From the NCBI GenBank assembly GCA_963665325.3, contig CAXXWS020000002.1:64001-128000 (forward strand): a stretch of 64,000 bases of DNA, given 5' to 3'. Of this stretch, positions 31,040-40,144 are shown in pieces. A program made the position numbers and the translations under genes. Position 1 is the first letter of the stretch. Each line of letters starts with the position of its first letter. The notes below the pieces were generated by a model. That model did not search any database. It was not told the origin of the DNA and was given only the letters and a program-made list of their open reading frames with translations. This DNA is from Alphaproteobacteria bacterium. Lineage in GTDB: Bacteria > Pseudomonadota > Alphaproteobacteria > Bin95.

Positions 31040-31078
31040 TCGTTCGCTCCCGGTTTCGCGGCGGCGTTCCCGTCGCGG

Positions 31079-31192
31079 CCAGAGTAGCGAGTCCGATCCC
31101 GCGATGCGATAATTCCGGGAGCGAATGCTGTCGGCGGTGGCGGAACGAGCGTCGCCTCGGCGCCCCATCCGCCCGAACGGGTCATGCTCTAG
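31079..31192. repeat. CTAGAGC-type short palindromic element (degenerate)
   Basis: Ends CCAGAGT...GCTCTAG; the right end overlaps the TAG stop of the di-heme gene; similar termini to 42728-42933. Confidence 0.4.
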
Positions 31193-32409
31193 CGGCACAT
31201 GGCGTTGGCGGATTTCCTTGTCGCTTTGTGAAGCGGCTTCTTTTCCGTCAGCGTTTCGAGAAAGGCGACGAGATCGGCCTGTTCGCGCGCGCCGAGGTCC
31301 AGGCGGCGCAGTATCCGTTCGCCTCCGGCGTGCAGCCGCTCCTCGTCGAGCGTCGAGTAATGGCGGACGACGTCGGCGAGCGTTCCGAGGCTGCCGGCAT
31401 GCATATAGGGCGCGGTGAGCGCGACGTTGCGCAGGCCCGGCACCCGGAACTCGCCGAAATTGCTCTGGCGCAGGCGGACGTGGCGGGTCTTGGCGGCGGT
31501 GGAGCGTTGCGCGTCGTCGTTGAAGGAGCCCAGCAGGGTGTACGGGCTCCGGCGGAGTTTGCGGATACCGCCCAGCCGGCCCGAATCGACGCGGCCGGGC
31601 TCGATAAAATGCGGCACGCCGGCATCGGCGAACTCGCCATTGGTAAAGGCCGGGCCAAAATGGCAGAAGGCGCAATTGCCCCGGCCGATAAACAGGCCAA
31701 GGCCGCGCCTGGCGGCGGCGGGATAGCGGGCCATGCCGGCGGCGTCGCCCAGCGCGAGCGCGTCGCGGAACTCGTCGAAGAGCGTGCGGCCGGTGACCTG
31801 CGTTTCCAGGAACGCCGCGAGCGCCTTGCCGAGATCGACGAAAACCCGTTTGTCGTCTGCGTCGGGCGCTGCGCCGAAAGCGCGCCGGTAGCCGCAGGAA
31901 AGCTCGCGGTCGGAGCGGACCAGCTGCGCCGCGCCGCCTGGGCCGACGCCCATTTCGCGCCGGTCGAGCAGCGGCCTGAGGTTTTGCGCCCAAAGCGTGT
32001 CCTGCGCGCCGTCCCAGCCGAACCAGCGATTGAAGCGCAGGTTGAACAGGCTGAGCGCGTTGCGGTCCACGGCCCGCTGCCCGCGGCTCCGCGGCAGGCC
32101 GTCGGTCCAGGCCCGGTCCGGCCGGTGGCAGCTTGCGCAGGAGACCGTGCCGGAGATCGACAGGCGAGGATCGAAGAACAGCGCGCGGCCGAGGGCGATA
32201 GCCGCCGGCTTGCCGGAAACCCGGTTGCTCGGATCGGGCGCCGGGGCCGGCGGCCACGGCCCGTGGCGCAGGATCCGGCGCTTTTCCCCGGCGGTGAAGT
32301 CGAGCGCCGGCGCGGCCATGCCGGAAACCATGCCGAATGCAATCGCAAATCCCGCGAGGCCGGCAGCCAGCCGGGCGGCAACCGGGGCGCCGGAGCGCCG
32401 GGGCGTCAT
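31189..32409 (-). CDS. Di-heme cytochrome c peroxidase/MauG family protein
   Basis: LGRALFFDPRLS, CASCH, FGWDG, CAFCH, FRVPGLRNVALTAPYMHAG; signal peptide. Confidence 0.93.
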   Translation of the reverse strand: MTPRRSGAPVAARLAAGLAGFAIAFGMVSGMAAPALDFTAGEKRRILRHGPWPPAPAPDPSNRVSGKPAAIALGRALFFDPRLSISGTVSCASCHRPDRAWTDGLPRSRGQRAVDRNALSLFNLRFNRWFGWDGAQDTLWAQNLRPLLDRREMGVGPGGAAQLVRSDRELSCGYRRAFGAAPDADDKRVFVDLGKALAAFLETQVTGRTLFDEFRDALALGDAAGMARYPAAARRGLGLFIGRGNCAFCHFGPAFTNGEFADAGVPHFIEPGRVDSGRLGGIRKLRRSPYTLLGSFNDDAQRSTAAKTRHVRLRQSNFGEFRVPGLRNVALTAPYMHAGSLGTLADVVRHYSTLDEERLHAGGERILRRLDLGAREQADLVAFLETLTEKKPLHKATRKSANAMCR

Positions 32410-32816
32410 TCCAGCACCGTTTCGGCGGTCAGCTTCTCCCGGCCCGCCGCGCCGCGGACATCCAGTATCAACTGCCAGCGACCCGGCATGTGGAACAACA
32501 GGCCCTCGGCCGTTCCGGACAAGCCGTTCAGGGTCACCGCAGGGCGGTAGTTCATGCCGTGCCGGTGGTCCGGCATCCAGCCGCGCACCCGGACCCGGTC
32601 GACCGGCGGCCCGCACAGATGGAAACGGATGGAAAAATGTGCGCCGACCGGGATGGGGGCGGGTTCCGGCCGCCACCATGCCGTCCATAGCCCGCCGGCG
32701 AGTTCCGCGCCGCCGACCCAGCCCTGCGGACGGGGGCAGGCCGCCGCCCGGTCGGCTGTGAGAACGAGCGCAAGGGCGGCCGCCAGAGCCGGTCCGCCGA
32801 GGCGCCACGGGCCCAC
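32406..32816 (-). CDS. Exported YtkA/FixH-like Ig-fold protein with MPxHxHGM motif
   Basis: Signal peptide, WMPDHRHGMNYRP, GLLFHMPGRWQL; GTG start 2 nt after the upstream stop. Confidence 0.75.
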   Translation of the reverse strand: MGPWRLGGPALAAALALVLTADRAAACPRPQGWVGGAELAGGLWTAWWRPEPAPIPVGAHFSIRFHLCGPPVDRVRVRGWMPDHRHGMNYRPAVTLNGLSGTAEGLLFHMPGRWQLILDVRGAAGREKLTAETVLE

Positions 32817-32818
32817 GG

Positions 32819-33661
32819 TCAGTTTCGAAGGTTTGCGAGGTGGGGCCGGATCATCGCCTCGCCATTGCGCCAGGCGATGTTTTCGGCGAGGCCGGGCGGC
32901 AGGTCGGCCAGCCATTGCCGGGTCCACTCGGCGTGCCAGACGACATAGTGCCACCGCTCCGGCGTGAAAGTGTCGGTGCCGACCATGACGCGGTCCGGAA
33001 AGGCGGCGAACAGGTTGCGCCAGTCGTCATCGACCCGGCCGTCATGGGCGTGTTCGCTGCGGAAAGCCAGGTCGGTCCAGAGATTCGCGTGTTTCCCGAG
33101 CATCGGGCCGACGACGTCCGGACCGACGAAGCCGGCATGGGCCCAAAGAACCCGCGCCTCCGGCCACTGGGCGAAGATCCCGTCCACCGCGCCGGCGTCC
33201 GAATGGGCGTGCAGGAGAAGATTGTGCCGGCGCGCCAGCTCGATCATGCGCCGGGGCACGGCCTTGCCGGTCTGCGAGGCGAAGAGATGGAACTCGCCGA
33301 CCGCGACCCACTTGAAGCGGTTCAGTCGGTCCTCCAGAAAGTCGATCACCGACGGATCGTCGACCCAGCTGCCGGTCTCGCCGCGCCGGCGATAGGGGCG
33401 CAGGCTGGGCAGGACAAGGTCCGGCGCGGCGGCGTGGAGCGCGCGGGTGCCGGCGTCGCCCGAACTCGACACCAGCGCGCGCTTCAGCCCTGCCTTCTCC
33501 AGAATGGCGCCGGCTTCGCCAGCGGAAAGGAGCGCGGCCGCGTCGTGGCTGAAATGGATATGGGCGTCGAAGATCGGCAGCGGCATGCCGGCGGCACGGG
33601 CCGCCGGGGGCAGCAGCGCCGCTGCGGCCGAGCCTGCGAGAAAGCGGCGGCGCGAAACCAT
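32819..33661 (-). CDS. Tat-exported amidohydrolase-fold protein
   Basis: SRRRFL Tat motif, DAHIH, GEFH, HAHSD, WAHAG, GTDT. Confidence 0.85.
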   Translation of the reverse strand: MVSRRRFLAGSAAAALLPPAARAAGMPLPIFDAHIHFSHDAAALLSAGEAGAILEKAGLKRALVSSSGDAGTRALHAAAPDLVLPSLRPYRRRGETGSWVDDPSVIDFLEDRLNRFKWVAVGEFHLFASQTGKAVPRRMIELARRHNLLLHAHSDAGAVDGIFAQWPEARVLWAHAGFVGPDVVGPMLGKHANLWTDLAFRSEHAHDGRVDDDWRNLFAAFPDRVMVGTDTFTPERWHYVVWHAEWTRQWLADLPPGLAENIAWRNGEAMIRPHLANLRN

Positions 33662-33692
33662 GGCAGGGCTCCTTCCTGCTGGCGCGAGCGGG

Positions 33693-34595
33693 TCAGAGGC
33701 CGTCCATCCATGCCTTGACCAGCCGCCAGGCGATGCTGTCGCGGCGCGGCAGCTCCATGTCGAAATCCTCGATCCGGTCTATCTGCTCGCGCGTCATCCA
33801 GCGGGCGTCCTCGAGCTCGTTCGGGTCGATATTGAGCTCCGTGGTCAGGGCCTCGGCATGGAAACCCAGCATAAGCGACGACGGGAAGGGCCAGGGCTGG
33901 GAGGCCATGTAGCGCACCTCGCCGACCTTGACGCCGGACTCCTCGAACACTTCGCGCGCGACCGCCTCCTCAAGGCTCTCGCCCGGCTCGACGAAGCCTG
34001 CAAGCGTGGAATAGATGCGCCGCGGGAACTGGTGCGTGCGGCCCAGCAGGCAGTTGTCGTCCTTGTGGACCAGCATGATGACCGCAGGGTCCGTGCGCGG
34101 GAAATGCTGTGCGTTGCAATCGGTGCAATTGCGCTGGTGCCCGGCGTGGCTGACCTCGGTCGGCGCGCCGCAGACGCCGCAGTAGCGATGGCGCTGGTGC
34201 CAGGTCATCATGCCGCGCGCATGGGCGAGGATGGCGCCTTCCTCCGCCGGAATGACCGGGCCGATCTGGCGCAGATCCTCGAACGCGCCTTCCGCTTCGA
34301 TGCGCGGATGGCCGTAGGGGTCGTCCAGATGGGAAAGGTCAAGGCCGATATAAAGCGTGTCGCCCTCAAGCCCGAGGACCACCTCGTGCTGGGCCGTGTC
34401 CAGCAGGTCGCCGGCCTCCTCGACGGTCAGGAGCAGCGCCCGGTCGTCCTCGGTGTGGACCAGCGAGCGCGAGCGCCAGACCGGCACCAGCCGCGTGTCC
34501 TTCGACCGGCGGCGCGCAGCGACCCAGGCCGCGTCCTCACGCAGATGCGAGATGCGGTCGAGCGGCGCGCCCGTGTACCAGAGGTTCTTCAACAT
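33693..34595 (-). CDS. nudC: NADH pyrophosphatase
   Basis: CGVCG..CTDC Zn ribbon, FPRTDPAVI, Nudix box GFVEPGESLEEAVAREVFEE, SQPWPFPSS. Confidence 0.95.
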   Translation of the reverse strand: MLKNLWYTGAPLDRISHLREDAAWVAARRRSKDTRLVPVWRSRSLVHTEDDRALLLTVEEAGDLLDTAQHEVVLGLEGDTLYIGLDLSHLDDPYGHPRIEAEGAFEDLRQIGPVIPAEEGAILAHARGMMTWHQRHRYCGVCGAPTEVSHAGHQRNCTDCNAQHFPRTDPAVIMLVHKDDNCLLGRTHQFPRRIYSTLAGFVEPGESLEEAVAREVFEESGVKVGEVRYMASQPWPFPSSLMLGFHAEALTTELNIDPNELEDARWMTREQIDRIEDFDMELPRRDSIAWRLVKAWMDGL

Positions 34596-34738
34596 GGGGC
34601 GAAAGGAAGCATGGCAGCCGGACGGGCGCAATAACGGTTCGGCCGGCCGCTACCGCCCCCGGCCGCGGGCGGATACCATATGGTCTGTTGCACGGACCCG
34701 TGGAGCGAGCGGTGTTGCAGCCGACGAGACGGCAGGCG

Positions 34739-36913
34739 ATGGAACAGGGGCCAGGGCTCGCGGGCTACCGGCCGCCGGCGGGCGGTTTCGACGAGCTGCT
34801 CGACGAAGAGGGCCGCGTCCGGCCGGTCTGGCGGCAGTTCGCCGAGGGGTTCGGGCGGCTTTCCGAAGCGGACCTGAAACGACGGACGGCGCGCGGCGAG
34901 CAATATCTGCACGATGCCGGCGTGTTCTTCCGCCGGCAGGGCGCGGAGGGGGCGGGCGGGCGGACATGGCCGTTCAGCCCGGTGCCGCTGATCCTGCATG
35001 AGCGGGAATGGCGGAGCCTCACCGACGGGCTGGCGCGCCGCGCCGAACTGCTGGAGGCGGTCGCCGCCGACCTCTATGGCGAGAACCGGCTGGTCACGGA
35101 CGGCTTGCTGCCGGCGGGGCCGGTCGCCGCCAATCCCGCCTGGCTGCGCCCGATGGTGGGCATCCGGCCTGCCTCAGGCCACTATCTGCATTTCGTCGCC
35201 TTCGATGTCGCACGGCGGCCGGACGGAAGGTGGCAGGTGCTGCGCGACCGGACCGACTCGCCCGCAGGCGCCGGCACCGCGCTGGAGACGCGGCTTGCCA
35301 CCCAGCGCGTGTTCCAGGAGCTGTTCCAGGAGTCCCATGTGCACCGCCTGGCCTGCTTCTTCCGTGCGTTCCGCGACGCGATGGCCGCGCTTGACCGGGT
35401 GGGCGGCGGGCGCGTGGGCATGCTGACCGCCGGCCCGGGCGGGGCGAACTATTTCGAGCACGCCTATCTGGCGCGATATCTGGGCTTCATGCTGTTCGAA
35501 GGCGAGGACATTGCCGTCGAGAACGGCGCCGCGACGGTCCGCACGGTGGCCGGGCCGCGGCCGCTCGGGGTCGTCTGGCGCCGGCTCCGGGCCGGGCGCG
35601 CGGACCCTCTGGAGCTGGACGAGTCGTCTGCGGTCGGGGTGCCGGGCCTGGTCGACGCGCTCCGCGAAGGGACGCTCTCGGCGGTCAATGCGCTCGGCTC
35701 CGGCGTGCTCGAAGACCCAGCACTCGCGCCGTTCCTGCCGCAGATCGCCGAGGCCGGGGGCGGGCCGGCGGCGGGATCGCCGGAGGGCTGGTGGGCGGCG
35801 GCGCCGGAGCCCGGGCCCCACTCGACCGCGCCGGCATGGACCGGCGGGGCGCTCCGGTCCGAGCCGGTGACGCTCCGCCTGTTCCTCGCGCGCACCGGCG
35901 AAGGCTGGCGGGCCATGCCCGGCGGCTATGCCCGCCTCGGCGGCGTCTCGGCAGAGGACCCGGGCGCCGTCGCCGACATCTGGGCGGTCAGCGACGCGCC
36001 GGTGCCCATCGACACGATGACGGCGCGCCCCTCTGACACCTATCGCCGGCCGCTGCCGGGAACCCTGCCCAGCCGGGCGGCGGACAACCTTTTCTGGCTT
36101 GGGCGCTATGTCGAGCGGGCGGAAGCGGCGATCCGGCTGCTGCGGGCGTTCCACCTGCGCGTGGCGGAGACGGGCTCGCGGGACAATCCGCTCCAGGCGA
36201 GCCTCTGCGACTATCTCCGCGACCTGCCGCTCGACCCCGACGAGAACGTGCCGCAGGGCCTGCTGCGGGCGCTCGATTCCGCGCTGGTCTGCGCGAGCCG
36301 GGTGCATGACCGCTTCTCCATCGACGGCTGGACGGCGCTGCGAAACCTGAACGAGGCCGCGGAGGAGATGGCCCGCACCGCGCGGGCGGGCGACGACACG
36401 GCGCGCATCATGACCGCCCTGCTGCACCGCCTCGCGGGCCTGAGCGGCCTTGTCCATGAGAACATGTACCGCTTCACCGGCTGGCGCTTCCTGACCCTGG
36501 GGCGGGAGCTGGAGCGGGCTTCGGGCATGGCCTCGGCGCTGGCCCATTTCGCGGACCCGGCCGCGCCGGAGGGCGCGCTCGACCTCGCCATGGAAATCGG
36601 CGACTGCACCATGACCTACCAGCGCCGCTACTCGCTTGGCACGCAGCGCAACATGGTGGTGGACCTCATGGTGTTCGACGCCATGAACCCGCGCTCTGTC
36701 CTCTCCCTGCTGGAGCGGATGCGCAACCTGATCGCGCTGCTTCCGGGCGCGGAGGTGCACGGGGTGATGTCGCCGCTCGCGCGCGCTGCGCTGCGCGCCC
36801 ATGCCGCCATCGCGGTCGAGACGCCGGAAACGGTGGACGGGGCCGCACTGGCAGCGCTCGGGGAGCGGCTGGACGAGCTCTCCGATCTCGTCTCCGGGGC
36901 CTATCTGACCTGA
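34739..36913 (+). CDS. Circularly permuted type 2 ATP-grasp protein fused to alpha-E domain
   Basis: YFEHAYLARYLG, GVPGL, NALGSG, MPGGYAR; alpha-E LPSRAADNLFWLGRYVERAE and GRELERA. Confidence 0.88.
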   Translation: MEQGPGLAGYRPPAGGFDELLDEEGRVRPVWRQFAEGFGRLSEADLKRRTARGEQYLHDAGVFFRRQGAEGAGGRTWPFSPVPLILHEREWRSLTDGLARRAELLEAVAADLYGENRLVTDGLLPAGPVAANPAWLRPMVGIRPASGHYLHFVAFDVARRPDGRWQVLRDRTDSPAGAGTALETRLATQRVFQELFQESHVHRLACFFRAFRDAMAALDRVGGGRVGMLTAGPGGANYFEHAYLARYLGFMLFEGEDIAVENGAATVRTVAGPRPLGVVWRRLRAGRADPLELDESSAVGVPGLVDALREGTLSAVNALGSGVLEDPALAPFLPQIAEAGGGPAAGSPEGWWAAAPEPGPHSTAPAWTGGALRSEPVTLRLFLARTGEGWRAMPGGYARLGGVSAEDPGAVADIWAVSDAPVPIDTMTARPSDTYRRPLPGTLPSRAADNLFWLGRYVERAEAAIRLLRAFHLRVAETGSRDNPLQASLCDYLRDLPLDPDENVPQGLLRALDSALVCASRVHDRFSIDGWTALRNLNEAAEEMARTARAGDDTARIMTALLHRLAGLSGLVHENMYRFTGWRFLTLGRELERASGMASALAHFADPAAPEGALDLAMEIGDCTMTYQRRYSLGTQRNMVVDLMVFDAMNPRSVLSLLERMRNLIALLPGAEVHGVMSPLARAALRAHAAIAVETPETVDGAALAALGERLDELSDLVSGAYLT

Positions 36914-36921
36914 GCGCGGGC

Positions 36922-37818
36922 ATGGCGGTGCTCTACGATATAGCGCTGGCGATCCGCCAGCATTACGACGCCCCGGTTGCCGCGAGCCGCCAGACGCTCC
37001 GGCTGCTGCCGCCGACACTCGCCGGAGAGCAGCATGTCGTGGCGGCGGCGGTCGAGGTGTCTCCACAGCCCGCGGAGCGTCGCGACCGGCGGGACTTCTT
37101 CGGCAATCCGGCAGTCGATGTGGCCTTCGGCGGCGCGCACGAGGAGATTACCTATTCGCTGGCCGCACGCGTGCGGCGCGAAGCGGGCCGGGAGGCTCTG
37201 CCCAACTCGCCGCTCGCGACCGCGCTTGTGGAGGAGGCTACCGCCGTTCGCTCGCTCGCGCCCGGAGCGCCGCACCATTTCCTCGGCGCTTCGCCCCGCT
37301 TGCCGGGGGAGCCGGAGTTCGCGGACTATGCGCGGGCCGTCGCGGCGGGGGCGACGGGCGCATCGGAGGTCGTGGAGGCGGTCGGGCTCGCGCTTCACCG
37401 GGACATGGCGTTCGACGCCCAGGCAACCGAGGTGGACACGCCGGCGCTCGAAGCCTTCCGGCGCCGCCGCGGCGTCTGCCAGGACTTCACCCACGCCATG
37501 ATCGCCTGCCTGCGCGCGCTCGGCATTCCGGCGGGCTATGCCAGCGGCTTCCTGCGCACGATCCCGCCGCCGGGCCGCGCGCGCCTGCAAGGGGCGGACG
37601 CCATGCATGCCTGGGTCCGCGCCTGGTGCGGGCGGGACGCCGGCTGGGTGGAATACGACCCGACCAATGCCTGCCTCGCCGGCGACGGCCATGTGACCGT
37701 GGCGCGCGGCCGCGACTATTCCGATGTCGCGCCGGTCAGGGGCGTGCTGCGCAGCGCCGGCAGCCAGACAAGCCGCCACGAGGTCACCATGACGCCGGTG
37801 GGGGAGGAATTGCTTTGA
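36922..37818 (+). CDS. Transglutaminase-like protein with Bact_transglu_N domain
   Basis: GVCQDFTH, AMHAW, YDPTN (Cys-His-Asp triad), GRDYSDVAP. Confidence 0.93.
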   Translation: MAVLYDIALAIRQHYDAPVAASRQTLRLLPPTLAGEQHVVAAAVEVSPQPAERRDRRDFFGNPAVDVAFGGAHEEITYSLAARVRREAGREALPNSPLATALVEEATAVRSLAPGAPHHFLGASPRLPGEPEFADYARAVAAGATGASEVVEAVGLALHRDMAFDAQATEVDTPALEAFRRRRGVCQDFTHAMIACLRALGIPAGYASGFLRTIPPPGRARLQGADAMHAWVRAWCGRDAGWVEYDPTNACLAGDGHVTVARGRDYSDVAPVRGVLRSAGSQTSRHEVTMTPVGEELL

Positions 37819-37855
37819 AAGCTAATGTTCGTCTCGCGTTCTTACTTGTCTTTTT

Positions 37856-37873
37856 GGTAACATATAGGTTACC
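37856..37873. promoter_or_regulatory. Palindromic operator of the TA module
   Basis: GGTAAC-ATATAG-GTTACC in an AT-rich stretch 9 nt before the toxin ATG. Confidence 0.65.
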
Positions 37874-37882
37874 CTTATAGCG

Positions 37883-38212
37883 ATGATCGCGATCCGGGAG
37901 TATGTCGATCCCGAAGGCCGCAGCCCGTATGCCAGATGGTTCGACCGACTCGACGCCCGGGCTGCGGCCAAGACGACGACTGCCCTAGTCCGGCTGGAGC
38001 AGGGAAATCTGTCCGGAGTGAAAAGCGTGGGCGCGGGAGTGTTCGAATACAGAATCGCCTTCGGCCCCGGCTATCGAATCTACTTCGGCTGGGATGGCGA
38101 CGCGCTGGTTATCCTGTTGGGCGGCGGAACCAAGCAACGCCAGCAGCAGGACATCGAAACCGCACGGGACCGTTGGCGAGACTACAAGCGCCGAAAGAGA
38201 AGAGAGGCTTGA
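37883..38212 (+). CDS. RelE/HigB-like toxin (addiction module killer protein)
   Basis: SPYARWF, RLEQGN, VFEYRIAFGPGYRIYFG, LLGGGTK..QQQDI. Confidence 0.92.
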   Translation: MIAIREYVDPEGRSPYARWFDRLDARAAAKTTTALVRLEQGNLSGVKSVGAGVFEYRIAFGPGYRIYFGWDGDALVILLGGGTKQRQQQDIETARDRWRDYKRRKRREA

Positions 38213-38217
38213 GCAAC

Positions 38218-38535
38218 ATGCCCCTGACGCGAGACTTCAAGGAGACGATCCGGGCGCGTGTCAACCGCGATCCGGCTTTTCGTGAGGAACTGCTCCGGGA
38301 AGGAGTCGAACTCCTGCTTTCCGGCGACATGGAGGCCGGCAAGGCGATGCTGCGCGACTATATCAACGCCACCATCGGTTTCCGGGAACTCGGTGGACTG
38401 ACCGAGAGGTCGCCCAAGAGCCTAATGCGCATGTTCGGCCCCGCCGGTAATCCGCAGGCGCGGAACCTGTTCGAGATTATCGGCTGCCTGCAGAGGCGGG
38501 AGGGGCTGCAATTCGAAGTCCGGGCAGTCCGCTAG
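38218..38535 (+). CDS. HTH antitoxin (addiction module antidote)
   Basis: MPLTRDFKETI, LRDYINATIGF, KSLMRMFGPAGNP; immediately downstream of the toxin. Confidence 0.88.
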   Translation: MPLTRDFKETIRARVNRDPAFREELLREGVELLLSGDMEAGKAMLRDYINATIGFRELGGLTERSPKSLMRMFGPAGNPQARNLFEIIGCLQRREGLQFEVRAVR

Positions 38536-38582
38536 GACCGGACCCGATCACCCTTGACCGACGCCAGCGGGCGCCCCCCTCG

Positions 38583-39317
38583 CTACCCCGCCTCGCGCGC
38601 TCCCGCGACCATCTCGGCGAGGGCGTCGCGGGAGGCGGCGCCGGGCTGGATGGCGTTCTTCACCAGGAAGGCGGGCGTGCCGTTGATGCCGAGCGTCTGG
38701 GCCAGCGCTCGGTTGCGCTCGATGATCGCCGTGACGGCCTCGCTCTCCATGTCGGCACGCAACTGCGCGATATCGAGGCCGGTCTCGGCGGCGATGTCCA
38801 TGATCCGGTCCTCGTCGAGCGTGCCGGGCGCGGACATGAGCGCGACATGGAACTCGGACCACTTGCCCTGCCGGTCGGCGGCGAGCGAGGCGCGGGCTGC
38901 CACGACCGACGGCGGACCCAGGATCGGGAACTCCTTGAAGACAATGCGCAGCCGGCTGTCGTCCTCCGCCAGCGCCATCACGTCGTTCAGCACCCGCTTG
39001 CAGAAGCCGCAGCGATAGTCGAAGAACTCGACCAGCGTGGCATCCGCGTCCTCGGGGCCGATCGCCGGGTCGCCCTCGGCGCGTGCGAGCGCGTCCCAAT
39101 GGGCCGCGATGCGGCCGACCTGCTGCTGCTGCCGGTATTCCTCCTGCTCCGCCCACCAGGCCTGCACCGCCTGGAGGACGATTTCGGGATCCTTCTGGCG
39201 AAGTTGTTCGATGAGGGCGGCGACCTCCTCCTCCGTGCCGGCCCGCGCCTCGCGGGCGGACCAGGGCAGGCAGGCGAGGGCGGCAAGAACGACGACGATA
39301 ACGGCGCGGAAGGTCAT
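38583..39317 (-). CDS. DsbA family (Com1-like) thiol-disulfide oxidoreductase
   Basis: Signal peptide, EFFDYRCGFCK, KEFPIL, GINGTP. Confidence 0.92.
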   Translation of the reverse strand: MTFRAVIVVVLAALACLPWSAREARAGTEEEVAALIEQLRQKDPEIVLQAVQAWWAEQEEYRQQQQVGRIAAHWDALARAEGDPAIGPEDADATLVEFFDYRCGFCKRVLNDVMALAEDDSRLRIVFKEFPILGPPSVVAARASLAADRQGKWSEFHVALMSAPGTLDEDRIMDIAAETGLDIAQLRADMESEAVTAIIERNRALAQTLGINGTPAFLVKNAIQPGAASRDALAEMVAGAREAG

Positions 39318-39385
39318 GGGGCCAGCCACCTGGTTTGTGTCGCGGGAGGTCTATATGGCCCCCGGCGCAATCCGGGGCAAGCGGG

Positions 39386-40144
39386 CTAATCGCCGCCGCA
39401 AGTGGGGCAGCCGGCGCGGCGCTTGAAGCGGACAATCCGTGTCGAGGCGGCGAGCGCATCGTAGAGCAGGAGTCGGCCGGAGAGCCCGTCGCCGATGCCG
39501 ATGAGCTCCTTCAGCGCCTCGACCGCCATGAGCGTGCCGACGACGCCCGCGACGGCGCCCAGTATCCCGGCTTCCGAGCAGGCCGGCACCGCGCCCGGCG
39601 GCGGCGGCTCCGGGAACAGGCAGCGGTAGCAGGGATGCTCCGGCCCGGCATGGGGCTTGAAGGTGGAGACCTGGCCGTCGAAGCGCAGCACCGCGCCGGA
39701 GACAAGCGTCCGCCCGGCGGCGGCGGCGGCGTCGTTGACGAGGTAGCGGGTGGCGAAATTGTCGCTGCCGTCGAGGATGAGGTCGTAGTCCCGGAAGAGT
39801 CGGGCGGCGTTGGCCTCTGTCAGCCGCTCGGCATGGGTCTCGACACGGATGGCGGGGTCGAGTGCATGGACACCGGCGGCCGCGCTCTCGGCCTTGGGCC
39901 GGCCGATGCGCTCATTGCCGTGAATCACCTGGCGCTGGAGGTTGGATACATCCACATCGTCGTCGTCGATGATGCCGAGCGTGCCGACGCCGGCAGCAGC
40001 GAGATAGAGCAGCAGCGGCGCGCCGAGGCCGCCCGCGCCCACCGCCAGCACGCGCGAGGCCAGCAGCTTCTGCTGCCCGGCGCCGCCCACTTCCGGCAAA
40101 ATCAGGTGGCGGGCATAGCGGTCGAGCTGCGCGTCGGTCAGCAT
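39386..40144 (-). CDS. moeB: MoeB/ThiF family adenylyltransferase
   Basis: RYARH, GAGGLG, SNLQRQ, DGSDNFATRY, CYRC...CPTC. Confidence 0.9.
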   Translation of the reverse strand: MLTDAQLDRYARHLILPEVGGAGQQKLLASRVLAVGAGGLGAPLLLYLAAAGVGTLGIIDDDDVDVSNLQRQVIHGNERIGRPKAESAAAGVHALDPAIRVETHAERLTEANAARLFRDYDLILDGSDNFATRYLVNDAAAAAGRTLVSGAVLRFDGQVSTFKPHAGPEHPCYRCLFPEPPPPGAVPACSEAGILGAVAGVVGTLMAVEALKELIGIGDGLSGRLLLYDALAASTRIVRFKRRAGCPTCGGD

